From Octopus sinensis (lineage: Eukaryota), in assembly GCF_006345805.1 (NCBI RefSeq), contig NC_043007.1, positions 60,078,001 through 60,142,000 on the forward strand: a stretch of 64,000 bases of DNA, written 5' to 3'. Below are positions 40,325 to 53,707 of the stretch, in pieces (position 1 is the first letter of the stretch; each line of letters starts with the position of its first letter). The translations under genes were made by a program, and so were the position numbers. The notes under the pieces are model-generated. The model had not been told where the DNA came from. It saw only the letters and a program-made list of their open reading frames with translations, and did no database searches.

Positions 40325-41389
40325 ATATACTGTATCTCTTGCTCTCTCTACCCTTCTCTATACATCGGGTAAATGGGACGCCGCTTGGCTGACCGGTTCG
40401 CGGAACACCTCCGAGACACCCTACTCGGCAATGACACCCCGGACTCGCACCATTTCCGATCAACCGGTCACTCTTTGCAACACCTGTTTGTGTTCGGATT
40501 GTCGTTGCATAGAGGCCATCCAGACTCCCGTCTTCGCCATAAACAAGCATCAATCTTCTCTCTTCAACACTCCTCCCCTCTCCTCTCTTTCTCTCACACC
40601 CACTTCCTCCCACCCATCTCTCTTCTCTCGCTCCGACTACTACTTCTTCTCTTCACTCCTACCCTCCTTCTCTCTTCTCTTCACTGCTACCCACCTTCTC
40701 CATTGCCCCTCTCCCTTCATCGTCACCCCTCCTTCGTAACCCCATCCCTACACAATCCAACCCCAACCTCCCTATCCATCACATTCCACCCCCACCCCAT
40801 CCCTTACACCCGCTCCCACATACCCCACCACTGCCTCCGCCCTCAACCTAACCCACACCCCACCCTTGATTTCCCTACTTTCGCCTCCCCCACATCTCAA
40901 CACCACCATACCACATACCACCACACCACACACCACCACACCACACACCACAATACCACGCAACACCACATCACATCACACCATCACGCACACACTAACA
41001 CTGACCACTTCCCAGCACCCACACCATCATCCACACACCTACACATGCACACACGCACGCGTCAAGGTCACCAGCCCTCTTCACACACACATTCATGCCC
41101 TCTTATACACACGCACGTGCACCTTCGTTTTGGGGATCACTAATGGTTTATTATCTCCCCTTCTCCCTAGCTCTCCTGTGTGATCCCTCTGTCCGGCATT
41201 TGCCATGATAGATCGCTAGCCACTACACATTCTTTTTTTCTCTCCCTGTTTCTTTCTGTACTCCTTTCTGTGGAGGAGCGTAGGCCCGAAACGTTAAAAT
41301 TCTTTTTCACTTCCTGAGCATTAAACTAATACATCTGTTTGTTGTCTACACCACCTGTCTTCGTCTTTTGTTTTTTTGTGAACTCTCCC

Positions 41390-41390
<1 letters not shown>
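40325..41390 (+). mobile_element. 5'-truncated Penelope-like element: GIY-YIG C-terminus plus long low-complexity tail
   Basis: YIG*MGRRLADRFAEHLRD...HFRSTGHS; tail ends in CTGTGGAGGAGCGTAGGCCCGAAAC. Confidence 0.75.
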
Positions 41391-41434
<44 letters not shown>

Positions 41435-41470
41435 ATATATACATATATGCATATATATACATATATATAT

Positions 41471-41553
<83 letters not shown>

Positions 41554-41619
41554 GTATCAGAGTTGTATTCGCAATTCATTTATAGGCTGTCCATTTTTCG
41601 GCACCTCTTAATTGCGATG

Positions 41620-42450
41620 TCTGAATACATAACTTTCTTATAAACAATGTTACCTGATTTTACTAGAATGAGAATAAATAAAAATGATTGCGAAGACTTC
41701 TTTGAACATGTAACATACAGTTGCCCGTGAAGGAAACAATGTTTTTCGAGTGGTAGCACACCGACAGATAAAATCTGTTCGTGTAGTTTATTTATAGACA
41801 TATCAAAGCTGCATTATACAGGAAACTATAGCCTTTAAATACAAAGTGTATTTCTGTGTCAGATATTATCAAGGGTATTCTAGATATAAAAGCATCTTCT
41901 CCTGTAGAGCAAACATGCAAAATAGTAGCCTAGATAATATGAGGCTTTATTCTTTTTAATCACCAATCGAGTACCATTACACAATCGAGGCAAATCAAGA
42001 TTCCGTATGATGATGGCTCCTACTTTTTAACAGAAGTAAGTGTGATAGAAACCCAGGAAAATCCAAAGAATTAAAGAATGCATCAGGATAGATGACAGTC
42101 TCTGCAAGATCTGGAACTGAATCTATAAATTTATAGATCTGTGTATTTCATGAAATACGGTCCAAAAGCTTATTGTTTATGTTGTTGACTGATATTTTTT
42201 GGTGCAAGTACTATCCTTTCATGTAAGGACGTATGATTGGATGACTGATTCTGTAAATTTGGAAATACTCCTGTTGTTAGTTCATTGAGTGATGAAACTG
42301 ATGTACTAATTAGAGATGTATCTAAAGAATTATTTTCATCAAGGAATACTCTACCTTGTCCAAGTCCCAAAAAAGTTTGAGCAAATGCTTGAGACAGATA
42401 ATGACCTAATAGGGTGGCTCTCATATTTTTAGTTCGGCTCATTCTTGTTA
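41620..42450 (-). pseudogene. Helitron PIF1-like helicase C-terminal fragment
   Basis: Broken minus frames TKNMRA, VFPNL, ERIVLAPKN, RNLDLPRLCNGTRL, FDMSINKLHEQIL, CFLHGQLYVTCS, NIVYKKV match the Helitron RepHel C-terminus. Confidence 0.85.
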
Positions 42451-42466
42451 CTTGTCTTAATAAATT

Positions 42467-42622
42467 CGAGGTTCGACTGAAAAAGTTCGTATGATGACCA
42501 AGATACTCTGATGGAATGTCACCAAATGAGGTTTACTTCTTAACATAACCTCTTTGCGATCCACGCACATCCTCCATCGGTGTTGCAGTGCTTGCATCCC
42601 ATTGGTGAAAAAGCTTTCATCC
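42467..42622 (-). mobile_element. Mariner 3' end fragment with TIR
   Basis: Minus frame FFTNGMQALQHRWRMCVDRK; ends in ...TTTTCAGTCGAACCTCG. Confidence 0.65.
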
Positions 42623-43114
42623 TATTGCTCAAAAAAAAAAAAGAATAGCAGATATCACGTCATCATCACAGCCAAGTGTTTTGTCATGATGGAAAACACA
42701 GGTGATAGTCAAATGGGGCTAAATCAGGAGAGAAGGGAGGCAGATCGACCAGTTCAAAGCCACAGTCACGTACAGCAGCCATAGTCACGTACAAGGACTT
42801 GTGTGCTGGAGTATTGCCCTGATAAAATAAGACCCCTTTCATCAGTCTTTCTGGGTGTTTGAACCCCTGACATTCCGAAAAAGTTTCATGCTGTCTGGTA
42901 GGTTTGGTGTTTACTGGTGATGTCGGAAGGCGCTACAGAAATCCTGTTGATCATTATTCATCAAATAGTGACAGGAACGTCTTGTAACGTTATTGTATGA
43001 AGACAATCGATACGCGCGCGCACATGTGTGTGCGTATGTGTGTGCGTATGTATGTGTGTGTGTGTGTGTGTATAGATTATTGATTTGTTTTTATAAAGAA
43101 CCTTAACTTTTACT

Positions 43115-43255
43115 GTTGCTGTTATTGTTGTTGTTGTTGTTGTTGTTGTTGTTCTTCTTCTTCTTCTTCTTCTTCTTCTTCTTCTTCTTCTTCTTCTTCT
43201 TCTCTTCTTCTTCTTCTTCTTCTTCTTCTTCTTCTTCTTCTCTTCTTCTTCTTCT
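43115..43255. repeat. Compound (TTG)n-(TTC)n microsatellite
   Basis: Directly visible. Confidence 0.95.
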
Positions 43256-43546
43256 TTGTATTTTTTCAGGGTTTGTTTTATACTTCCGATTGTTGAAGAA
43301 TGATGATAGCGAAATGCATGTTTTTGCCAAAGATATTAGTGCCGTTACTGAAGTGAAATAATAACGTCATTATTTCGCACCTACCTGCTCATAGAACAAG
43401 GGAAAGTAAATGTAAATATTCTTAAACTACTTTTTCTAAATATGGCTCAGTTTTTTATCCGGTGATTATGTGCTGATGTCAATGAGGCCCTTTCCAGGAT
43501 GGGAACTATCATTTCTGTTGTGTCTGGGAGAGTCATTTTCTTTTTA

Positions 43547-43673
43547 TGCCTTATAATTTAACACACTCACCGGTAAAATTTCCACTTATTTCTTATTTTT
43601 AGGAAAGTAAAATTGTTTTTTAAATAAGGAATAAGTGGAAATTTTACCGGTGAGTGTGTTAAATTATAAGGCA
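43547..43673. mobile_element. 127-bp hairpin MITE
   Basis: 44-bp perfect inverted arms (extendable to about 53 with one mismatch) and a short spacer. Confidence 0.7.
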
Positions 43674-44519
43674 CATAAAGAAAATTACTCTCCCCAGACT
43701 CAACAGAATATGTTTCAACACACGAATTCATATAAAGAATCTTGCAAACCAAATCGAAAAACGAAACTATCATTTCGTTTATTATTCATTATTCAATTGC
43801 ACTATTTTTTCAACTTATGAAATTAAGATATGTGAATATACACAATCTCGACTAGATACAGTTGATATAGACACGAAGCGAAACTTTCTTACTCATCAGC
43901 ACTCACCTATCTAAGAGTGATTGCCAGATTTAACTATTTATTTCGTTGGAGAATAACAGTGAAATCGAATGGTTGCTAAATCTCTGAGGTCTGGGTGATA
44001 TCCATGGACCTGAAAGTTAAAAGCTGGAGTTTCCGTAAGTAGACTGCAAATTAGAGTTGTGCACTAAAACTGGTACATCACAAGAGTATGACTTCAAATG
44101 ACTAAAGACAATCCTTTTTCCACGTGAAAAAGTAGTGGAAATCTGCATTTTGAATGCAAGATAAGAATAAAAACTGTTTTGAAATACACGCAGATTAAAA
44201 TATAAACCACTTGAACCTATTCGTATTTGATTCTGCTTATAGATACGTCGGTCTGCTTTGATGATAACTAGAAAGATTCTTGAACCGCGAGCAATTGTAG
44301 TCGTCGTATAGTGGTACTGAGCTGGACAGAATTGGAATCTGAATGAACTGTGATCGCTGGTATAATGGAATGGAACGCGAAGAGTTATTAGGCATTTAGT
44401 TCATTCAAATAACTGGGAAATATAGTCGATGAAATCTACGAGAGTACGTCAAAAGTTATACGCACTCTTATTTCCGTAGTTTGTTAAAACAAAAGCAGGG
44501 GGTGAACAATTATTATTTT

Positions 44520-45190
44520 TCGACATAGTTTCTTTGCTTTACGATGCACTTCTTCCAGGAGTCCTCAAGCTTGATTATTCCATCGGAGAAGGTTTTCGGC
44601 TGGTCTCGCAGCTATTTATGCACCGCTTCCTACGCTTCTTCCTCCGTAGCGAACCGACGCCCTTGTAAAGGTTGTTTGAGCAGTCCAAGGAGGTGATAGT
44701 CGGAAGGTGCGAGATTTGTTTGCAGGGTGTTCTAGCAACTCGAAACCCAATTTTTGTGTCTCGAGAATCAATTAGTATAATCTTTTTTGCGAAAGGGTGC
44801 ATCTTGAATTTATTTTTCGTTGGCGATTCCGGGTGTTTTCACTCTATACTCTGCTTTTGGATTCTTGCTCAAAGTGATGAATACAGGTCTCATCTGTGAC
44901 TATTCTCTCCAAACAAAAAGTTTCATCTTCATCATTGTTGCGGTCGAGCAAGCATTGACGGATCTCCACGCGATCGGGCTTATGCACTTGGCTAAGGTCT
45001 CTTGGCACACATCTCACATATACTTTTATATAAGTGAAGTTTGTCGTGGATGATTTCGTATACAGAACCATGATTAATTTGTAGAGAACATGCCACTTCA
45101 TTAATGGTCACTTGTCAGTATGCCAGAACCATCTTTCAAGTTTGTTGAATCTTCACATCAGTGGTAGAGGTTGATGGTTGTCCTGCTCCC
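44520..45190 (-). pseudogene. Degenerate mariner transposase fragment
   Basis: KVYVRCVPRDL...ERIVTDETCIHHFEQESK resembles WVPRxL...IVTGDETWIHHFEPESK. Confidence 0.7.
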
Positions 45191-45254
45191 TCTTCGGGCT
45201 TCCCTCTCGTCCGACCATTTTAAAACTTCCCCATCCACTCATGTTCCTTTCTAT

Positions 45255-45650
45255 GCGGTAGACGGCGGTCATACTGGGGCACCACTCTCGAGGGTTTCTT
45301 AGCCGAACGAATCGACCCCAGTACTTATTTTTTAAGCCTGGAACATATTCTATCGATCTCTTTTACCGAACCACCAAGTTACAGTGGTATAACAAGCTAA
45401 CACCGGTTGACAAGCAGTGATGGGGGATAAACAGAAACACAAGCGCGCGTATCTCTCTCTCTCCCTCTCTCTCTCTTTTTATATGTGTGTATGCATATAT
45501 GTATGTATGTATGTATGTTTTCTTCGACCAGATCTGCTCACAAGACTTTGGTCGGCCTGGATTCATAATAGAAGACACCTATGGTGCCACGCAGTGCGAC
45601 TGAACCCGGAAGTATGTGGTTGGGAAGCAACTTTCTTATCCAACTGCCAC
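45255..45650 (-). mobile_element. SINE family A, degenerate
   Basis: Reverse complement of the family A head and tail. Confidence 0.75.
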
Positions 45651-46102
45651 GCAAATATTCTGAGTCTGTACTATGGCTTGATACAGAGGTCGCCTCCTCT
45701 GTCACAATAAAGAAATTTCATGGGTCTGAGAGATTATTCTCATTCAACATCATTCTCATCGATTTCTGCAAGAGTAATTTGAAGAAGAGGGCGAAAACAT
45801 AAGTCGGAAATGAAACCATTCGTAAAGGAAAACCATTAGAGATATTGACTAAAGCTTATAACTACTTGTGTAAATCAGAGTAAAACAATCCACCGTAAAC
45901 ACCACGTTATTCAATTACAGGGATATAGAGAGGGTCTTTTCCCAGAAGACAATCGAATTTCCAGAATTTGCTAAACTGGTTACTTACACCATTTTCTTAT
46001 TTTCTGTGGAATTTTTTCGTTTTTGTTTTCGTTTTTTATTTTGTTTTTGCAATGGAGAGAAAGCATCACTCATTTCTTAATTTCAACACATCTATCTATC
46101 TT

Positions 46103-46201
<99 letters not shown>

Positions 46202-46346
46202 TATATATTATATGTCTGTCTATCTATCAATATATATAGAGAGAGAGAAATACATTACATAGATACATATATACGTATATATACATTGCATCACCTAACT
46301 GTCTGGATATTTTGCGTTCTTGTTACATTTTGTATTTATATATACA

Positions 46347-46407
<61 letters not shown>

Positions 46408-46589
46408 TTGTATATACATACATATATATATATATATATACACGCACATAAATGCCATGCAAACATATACATATAAACATATATATATACACATGTATAC
46501 ATGCATACATACATACAGACAGACACACACATACATATGAACTAAGTATTTGCGTTAGTATTTAGGCATATGTATTTACATGCATATGA

Positions 46590-46850
46590 AAGCGCGTGAC
46601 CCAGTGTGTATGCTGTTGCATTCTCGATCGCAATATCGTGGTTTCGATTCCCAGGCCGGCAGTGCGTTGCGTTCTTGAACTCCATTCCACTCAGCTATAT
46701 ATATGGGTAACTCTGTGGTGAACCGGAGATCTTTTCAGGAGGAAGTTTGGCCTGACTGCCTACCTAATCAGTGGATATGGCATCATTCGAAAGATACAGC
46801 AAACAATGCGAGAAAGTGCATCGTTCAATGTGATGTAAGAAATTTATCTT
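46590..46850 (+). mobile_element. Degenerate SINE family C-like copy
   Basis: GCGCGTGACCCAGTG...GGTTTCGATTCCCAG head; tail resembles that of 24645-24946. Confidence 0.5.
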
Positions 46851-47050
46851 TTATTTCTTGGTATGACCCCAATCAGTTCAATTGAATTTATTGACTCTGG
46901 TACTTCGTGCTTATATGTAAGCGACACATTGTGTCTATTTCTCGTCGACTATTCATTGATATTTTCTTATTTATTTATTTAATTATTCATTTGCCTGTTG
47001 TTTATTTCAAGAAGAATTTTGGAAATAACTTCACGTTTTAGCTTTCTTCA

Positions 47051-47200
47051 GGCGCAGGCGTAGCTGTGGTAAGAAGTTTGCTTCCAATCCACATGATTCA
47101 GGGTTCAGTCCCACTGCGTGACACTTTGAGCAAGTTTCTTCTACTAAGGCCCTAGGCCGATCAAAGCCTTGTGAGTGAAAGTGGTAGACGATAACTGAAA

Positions 47201-47264
<64 letters not shown>

Positions 47265-47340
47265 TTGTCCTCGTGACTTAGTGGTTCAGTAAAAGACACT
47301 GGTCGAATAAGTACCAAGCATTAAAAAAAAATAAGTACTG
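47051..47340 (+). mobile_element. SINE family A
   Basis: GGCGCAGGCGTAGCTGTGGTAAGAAG head. Confidence 0.8.
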
Positions 47341-47344
47341 ATCC

Positions 47345-48350
47345 GCCAATGTTAGAAACACTTGTTGTGAGTTCTAAACCAACCGAGTTCAACTTTATGT
47401 TTCATCCCTTCGGGGTGGATAAAATAAAGTACCAGTCAAGTACTGGATCGATGTGATTGACTAGCCCCCTCCCACAACCTATAGTAAAAAGTATTGTCAT
47501 TATTATTCTTTACGTTCTGAGTAAAAAAATCTGCCGAGGTTGACTTTGCCCTTCATCCTTTCAGGATCTATGAAATAAGTACAGCTGACCACTGAGGTCA
47601 ATGTAATCGACTTGCCCCCTCCTCTAATATTTCAGGCCTTGTGCCTATAGTAGAAAAGATTATTATTATAATTAAGGTGGTGAACTTGCAAAATTGTTCG
47701 CACGCCAGGCAAAATGCTTAATGGTGTTTCGATGGTCTTTACGTTCTGAGTTCAAATTCCGACGAGCTCAGCTTTGACTTTCAACCTTTCAGGGTCGACA
47801 AAATAAATACTAGTTGAACACTGAGTTCGATGTAATCGACTGGCCCCTTCCCCCAGAATTTCAGGCCTTGTACCTATAGTAGATAATATCATTATTGGTT
47901 TTACATTCTGAGTTCAAATCCGACTGAGGTCAACATTGCGTTTCATCCTTCCAGAGTCGATAAAATAACGTACTAGTCAAGTACTAGAGTCGATGTAATC
48001 GAAGGGGACAGTCTGTTGGCTGAGTCAGTAGGGTACCAGACAAAGTAACTTGCCATATTTATACAGAGTTCTTACATTCTGAGTTCTAATCCCGCAAAAG
48101 TTAGCTTTACTTTTCATTTTCCCGGGTGGATAAAATAAAGTACCAGTTTAGTACTGAGGTCGATCTACTCGCCTAATCCCTTCCCCTCAAATTTCTGTTC
48201 TGCGCCATTATTAAAAGCAATTTTAATAATGGCGCCGAGGTCGACTTTGCTTTCCTCCGCTCCGCTGTCGATAAAATAAGTATCAGTTGGGCACTAGGTC
48301 GATGCAATCGACTTAACCCTCTCCTGAAGTAGCTAGCCCTGTGTCAAAAT
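47345..48350 (+). mobile_element. Cluster of six co-oriented SINE family B copies
   Basis: Core T(T/C)ACGTTCTGAGTTCAAAT...GTCGATAAAATAA(A)GTAC repeated about every 160-220 bp with divergence. Confidence 0.8.
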
Positions 48351-48732
48351 TTTTATGCCATTACTGAGGGCAGTGGGATGGTAGACGCGAAAACAATGAA
48401 GTAGCGAAGAGATGGAAACGGTAACCTGTCACCGGTCACTTGTTGATCTCATTCAATTGATTATTGTTATCAGCATTAAATGTCTGGACAATTGGCATCC
48501 CGCATCGTCATAGACGTTTTCATCATCGTCTTCTTCATTATCATCAACATCGTCTTCATTATCATCAGCATCAGTTTTCTTCATTTCGCTTTCTTCTCCA
48601 TCCCTCTTCAAAGAGTACTTCAACACTAGAATGTCTCGACGAGTTCTATACCAAAACCATTGTCATCAACTCGTTTTTTTTAATGTTATTTTGTCGTAGT
48701 TTTTTATGGCTTTAATTTTTCTCCTGTCTTAC

Positions 48733-48945
48733 GGTTTATCAATTGTAAGATGATATGAACGTCGATAAGCCAAGTGTTTTATATACAAGTCGGCGCCGCT
48801 TATTTCTTTCGTCACGTCCTCAATGATCGGTTGGCATCTAGGTAGTTTTAAAAATAGCAATGGAATTTGTCGAGATTTTTCAGAGAACAGTGCATATTTT
48901 GGCAGGTTTCCATACTCTGGGGGTGGATTCCAACGAATAACATAA
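48733..48945 (-). CDS. Host-gene internal exon, fibronectin type III-like (YVIRWNPPPEYGNLPKYALFSEKSRQIPLLFLKLPRCQPIIEDVTKEISGADLYIKHLAYRRSYHLTIDK)
   Basis: 213 nt, only one open frame, donor CC|GTAAGA, acceptor AACAG| (weak pyrimidine tract). FN3 signature W (strand B), Y (C), L (E), Y (F). Confidence 0.65.
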
Positions 48946-49079
48946 CTGTTCCCAACTACTTCATTTCAGAAATCTGATCGTACTACACAGTTTGAAATAT
49001 TAGACTTGAAAATACCTTGTCATCAAACTGAAGAACAAAAAAAAAAAAAACTAAATTTACACTATTATTTCCTGATTTT

Positions 49080-49083
49080 CACA

Positions 49084-49139
<56 letters not shown>

Positions 49140-49162
49140 TACACACACACACACACATACAC

Positions 49163-49193
<31 letters not shown>

Positions 49194-49240
49194 TACACAC
49201 ACACACACACATACACACACACCACAAACATACACTTAAG
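49080..49240. repeat. Interrupted (CA)n microsatellite
   Basis: Directly visible. Confidence 0.95.
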
Positions 49241-50059
49241 CACGCGCACACCACAAACGTACACATACATATACTTAAGCACTCACAAATATTCATGCTA
49301 TTTATATATACACATAGAACTAGAAAATTACACATGCAGGCGCGATAAAGTGCACACACACACATATTCACACAATGATATACATGCACACAGACACACA
49401 TACACACACAACTAGAAAATTACACACATATATTCACGGCAACCTAATAAATTAGTCTGGCATCTGAATTGTTAGTTAAGCAGAAGGAAGTTAACCACGT
49501 TGTTGGGGAGTAGCAAGAAAGTTTTGTCAACAGCACATCCTAGTTTGTCTACGATACTCTCTCCCTCTCCTTCTCTCGCTCTCCCTCTCTCTTTCTCACC
49601 CCTCTCTCTCTCTTACACCCGTTTCGTGCATATTTCTGAAAGTTCATCTATTTAGTATGTTGCCAAGTTCATATAGTTAGTATGTCAAAATAAAAAAGAA
49701 AAGAAAAGCGTTTATAGCAGTTTATACCTTTCTTAAAAACTCCGAAGAGATTTGTAGAATTCAATAAATAAATAAAACAAATTGCATGATCATAAATGCT
49801 CCTACTATCGCCGCCATCATCATCATCATCATCATCATTAACCTCAAACTATACCTTTTCATTGTCACCAATATCATTATTTTTATTTGCAGAATCGCTA
49901 GAGTGTGGGATAAAATACTTTTTTTATATTTAGTTACTTCACTTAACATTACTGAGTTCAAACCCTTCCGAGACCAACCAATTCATTCATCGTTCCGGAG
50001 AGATAAAATGTGTACAAGTCCAATAATGAACTCGATATAAAAGATTATACCTCTCTGCA

Positions 50060-51170
50060 AAAATCTTTGGCCCAATGCCTGTGTTACAAGTTATTATGAT
50101 TATGATTGCCAGACACAATTCCTGGCAGTATGATCTACTTGCTGCTGCATCCAACAACACCCAGACATATGTTGATGACACGAACCTGCGTTCTTCTCTC
50201 ATTTTTCTCAATTATGCATCGACCACGTATAGTTTAGACACCTCACAACAAATCTGCATCGATTCCATTAACAGAGCCCTTGAGAACATCTTCAGTGAAG
50301 TCATGTCAACCGTGTTTCTTTTAACAGGCATAAAAACTCGAGCATTTTTCTTTTCAAGAAAACACCATTCCACCACCACACCCCCAATAAATATGTGCAG
50401 TGCCGGATTTAGGACAAATGAGGCCCTGTGCTAGTTAAGTTATGAAGCCCCTTACTTTTGTATAGAGAATTGTTAATGCACAATATTGTTAAAAAATAAC
50501 GTGTAAAAGCGTTCACATTAATTTCACTTTTATAACTTTTAGGAAAAACATTTGAACGTTTGACATTTGAAAAATTTATCGTAAAAAATTTGGAGGGACA
50601 GGAAGATGCCCCCACCCCACTCTGGTCAACGGAGCCCTAAGCACAATGGCAAATCCGGCTCTCAATATGTGATACTCAGGACTCCATAGTTGCTCCAAAT
50701 GCTAGGCATCACTATCACCATGAATTTCTGTTGACGAAAGCACATCCTCAGTACAGCTATGACAGCATCACAAAGACTAGCCATTCTCTTCAGGACCATA
50801 AAATATTTAAGCCCCCAACATCTGCTGACACTTTACAAGGCTCAAAATGAACTACTGCTCCCACATAAGTGACGGTGCTACTACTATGTACAAGGACTTC
50901 CTTGGGTGGAGGGCCATTCAACTGATTGAAATTTGATAACAAATGTACGCGATCCAGCCTCTGGTGCAAGGCGTACTGTTTCCTCTTGCTACTATAATAG
51001 TCTATGTACCTCAGAGTTTCCAGGTCTCATACCTTCACTATCCAGGGAGCCCCTCCCTCTCATCTGTTCAACATCAACCTCATCGGTCTCGAGGACCTGC
51101 AAAGGTCATGGGTAATTCTCCTTCCTTCAGACTCAACAATTAAAAAAAGAAGCATTCATTTCGTCTCTTC
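50060..51170 (+). pseudogene. CR1/L2-like LINE RT 3' remnant, interrupted by a hAT MITE
   Basis: QTYVDDT motif, then LQMLGITIT...ASQRLAILFR after the MITE. Confidence 0.7.
50398..50663. mobile_element. hAT-type MITE with 8-bp TSD
   Basis: TIR CAGTGCCGGATTT / AAATCCGGCTCTC; AATATGTG duplicated at 50390-50397 and 50664-50671. Confidence 0.85.
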
Positions 51171-51368
51171 ATGCCAAGGTTGATTTAACGTTCATCCTCG
51201 AGAAAATCGATGAAATACGTCCCAGTCAAGTAATGGAGTCATTTGAATCAACCATAAGTATACGCTGTGGAAAATTTCCTGGTTATTATTTTTTTTTCTT
51301 TTTGTCAGTCCACTCGTTCTCTCTAGCAGAGAGAGGGAGAGGGAGAGAGAGAGAGAGAGAGAGAGAGA

Positions 51369-51399
<31 letters not shown>

Positions 51400-53707
51400 A
51401 AGAGAAAGAGATTCATTAACAAGCGTAAGGAAACTTTGTCCTATCAGTAATTGCAAGTGCATGAAAAACATTCTGGAGGCACAGCGGTGCCGATAAAATG
51501 TAAGGAAGCTTAAATCTTACAGATTCATTAGAATGCAACGTATATTAAAGTATTGTCTTGGTGTTAAAGTTTGGGTTCCCAAATTTTGGAGCTATCGACA
51601 GCTTCATGGGATTCCCGGTTCTTCGGTGACACCAGGGATGCACTAAGAATACATATATAAAATGATATTATTCATATTAGTAAAAAATATTTAAAAGTAA
51701 AAAAATACGAGAGAAAAACCTCCATAAATCATACAGGTAATATTAAGCATATTAAAATGAATTAATTCTTTTTCATTAATTCTAAGTATGTGTTTGATGT
51801 TCATTTGCAAGGACGTTGCTATTTAGTTGGAAATGAATGAGTTTTAGCCCTGAAGTTACTACATTCTTCCAAGTTCAATCTATTTCTAGGTTTTGAGAAA
51901 ACTGCATTTGTGTGTCTAGGAACTTGATTCAATAATGTACAAACTTGTACTAAGGTTGAGGCTGTACTAAAGTTGAGGCGTTTACATCGCTTCGGTAAAC
52001 ATCCGATTCGAGATCTACAAGCTTATCAACGAGTTAATCTCAGGAGATTCACTGTCTGCATTCCCTATTTTCAAATCAGTGTGACAGTTCCTCGAAAGTC
52101 GTCTGTTAGTTTTTCAATGTGTTTCATGTATACCTCCAGATCACATCTGAAATTGTCTAAGTTGGAAAAATATTTAAAATCTTTACATGTTGATGTAGAT
52201 ATTTCTATAAGCCTATTTTACCTTGGAAGCCTATACAGTTTACTCTATTTACAAGCGAATGTAATTCCATTCCATAAAAGTTTGTGACATAAGCATAGAA
52301 TTGATGCTTACATTTCTTTTAAAGACAAACATTTATTAAACTATACCCTATGACACGATTTCTTCTTTAGATTTCTGTTGGAAATAATTACATATTGCTC
52401 TATGAAATAGGAGTACCGTAAAAGGTTTTTCATGTTTACTTAGGTTCAAAACGCTTTCCAGATTATTTCCATTGTAAAGAATATTTTTGTATATATAAAT
52501 ATCAGCTTACTTTTTTCATATTCCTTTCAGTTTCAGTTAAATATTTATGCAATCGAACCTAAATTATGATTTATAACTGATATGAAATATATATTTCTAA
52601 AAGTTAAAGTACATTAGAACTAACGCAGATTTATAAATATAATCATTTTAAATGATGGTTACAAATATGCTATGCGATTCATATCATTCTATGACACAAA
52701 AGTAGCCGACTGTTAACTTTCCAAACACTTTTTTCTTTGTGAACGATCTTTGGTGAACGAATGCCAACAGCTTCGTAGATTCGAAGATCTTTATTTGTGA
52801 TATTTCTGTTCATCCTCAATTAGATTTGTTGAGATTTTTCAAAAGCCGTAAACTCGCAATTCTTTCTGCGTCACGATGCCATCACTCTGATATTTAGCTG
52901 TTGAAAGATAAATTCCTTTAGCATGTTTGCATGAATGTATGTGTGTGTTTGTGTTTGTGCATGAGTAGGCACGTGTGTATTTGTCTGCACATCTGTATTT
53001 ACCAAGTAGAAATAAAGAACATTCATATATATATATATGGAAAACATTCAGTTCGTGACTCAACAAATCTTCTAAAACTTTATTTAAAAAATTCGTTTAG
53101 AATCTGAAAATATTTCCTTTTTTAATACAACGACAATTAGTATTTTCAACATAGATTACTATTAAAATTCTCTTTTACTTCAAAGTGCTGCTACCAAAAA
53201 CTAATCGCTGTAAAAATAACTAGGTTAGACAATACAAAAATAGAAATGAAAACCCACTCGGAAGATCTAGAAGATCAATAAACCGATTGCATATTTGTAC
53301 AATATATTTTCTTTTTGTAATAATTTAAGCTTTATGTATGGAAGAATAAATATTCATATATAGAAATGATCTCGCAGGTATATCTGATACCTGAGTAATT
53401 AAATCGATATCTTTGCAGACATCTATTATGAGACACACATTTTCAAATACCTATATGCCGGATCAAATTACAGCTAACTGTGGCCTTAAGCACATCCTAA
53501 TAATGATTCCTCTTTTGTTCCCTAACTCAAAAACAAAAACAAAAGAAAAAAATAACCTGTGGAAAATTTTTTAAGTCAAAAGCTCAGTCCTGCAATGATT
53601 TAGGTAAAAAAAACGGAATGCGTGATGGAGAAAGAGATTAGAGTATTCTCTTTTACGTTAGAAAGTTTCACATTTCGTTCAAAATGAATGTAAACAAGAT
53701 TAGTATT

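Noticed and set aside
40373-41143. 256-aa His/Pro/Thr-rich ORF as a gene
   Set aside because: Only the first ~60 aa are PLE GIY-YIG; the rest is read-through of a low-complexity tail.
52690-52912. Coding-looking minus segment after a strong acceptor (AKYQSDGIVTQKELRVYGF*)
   Set aside because: All frames close within about 20 codons and no suitable donor was found.
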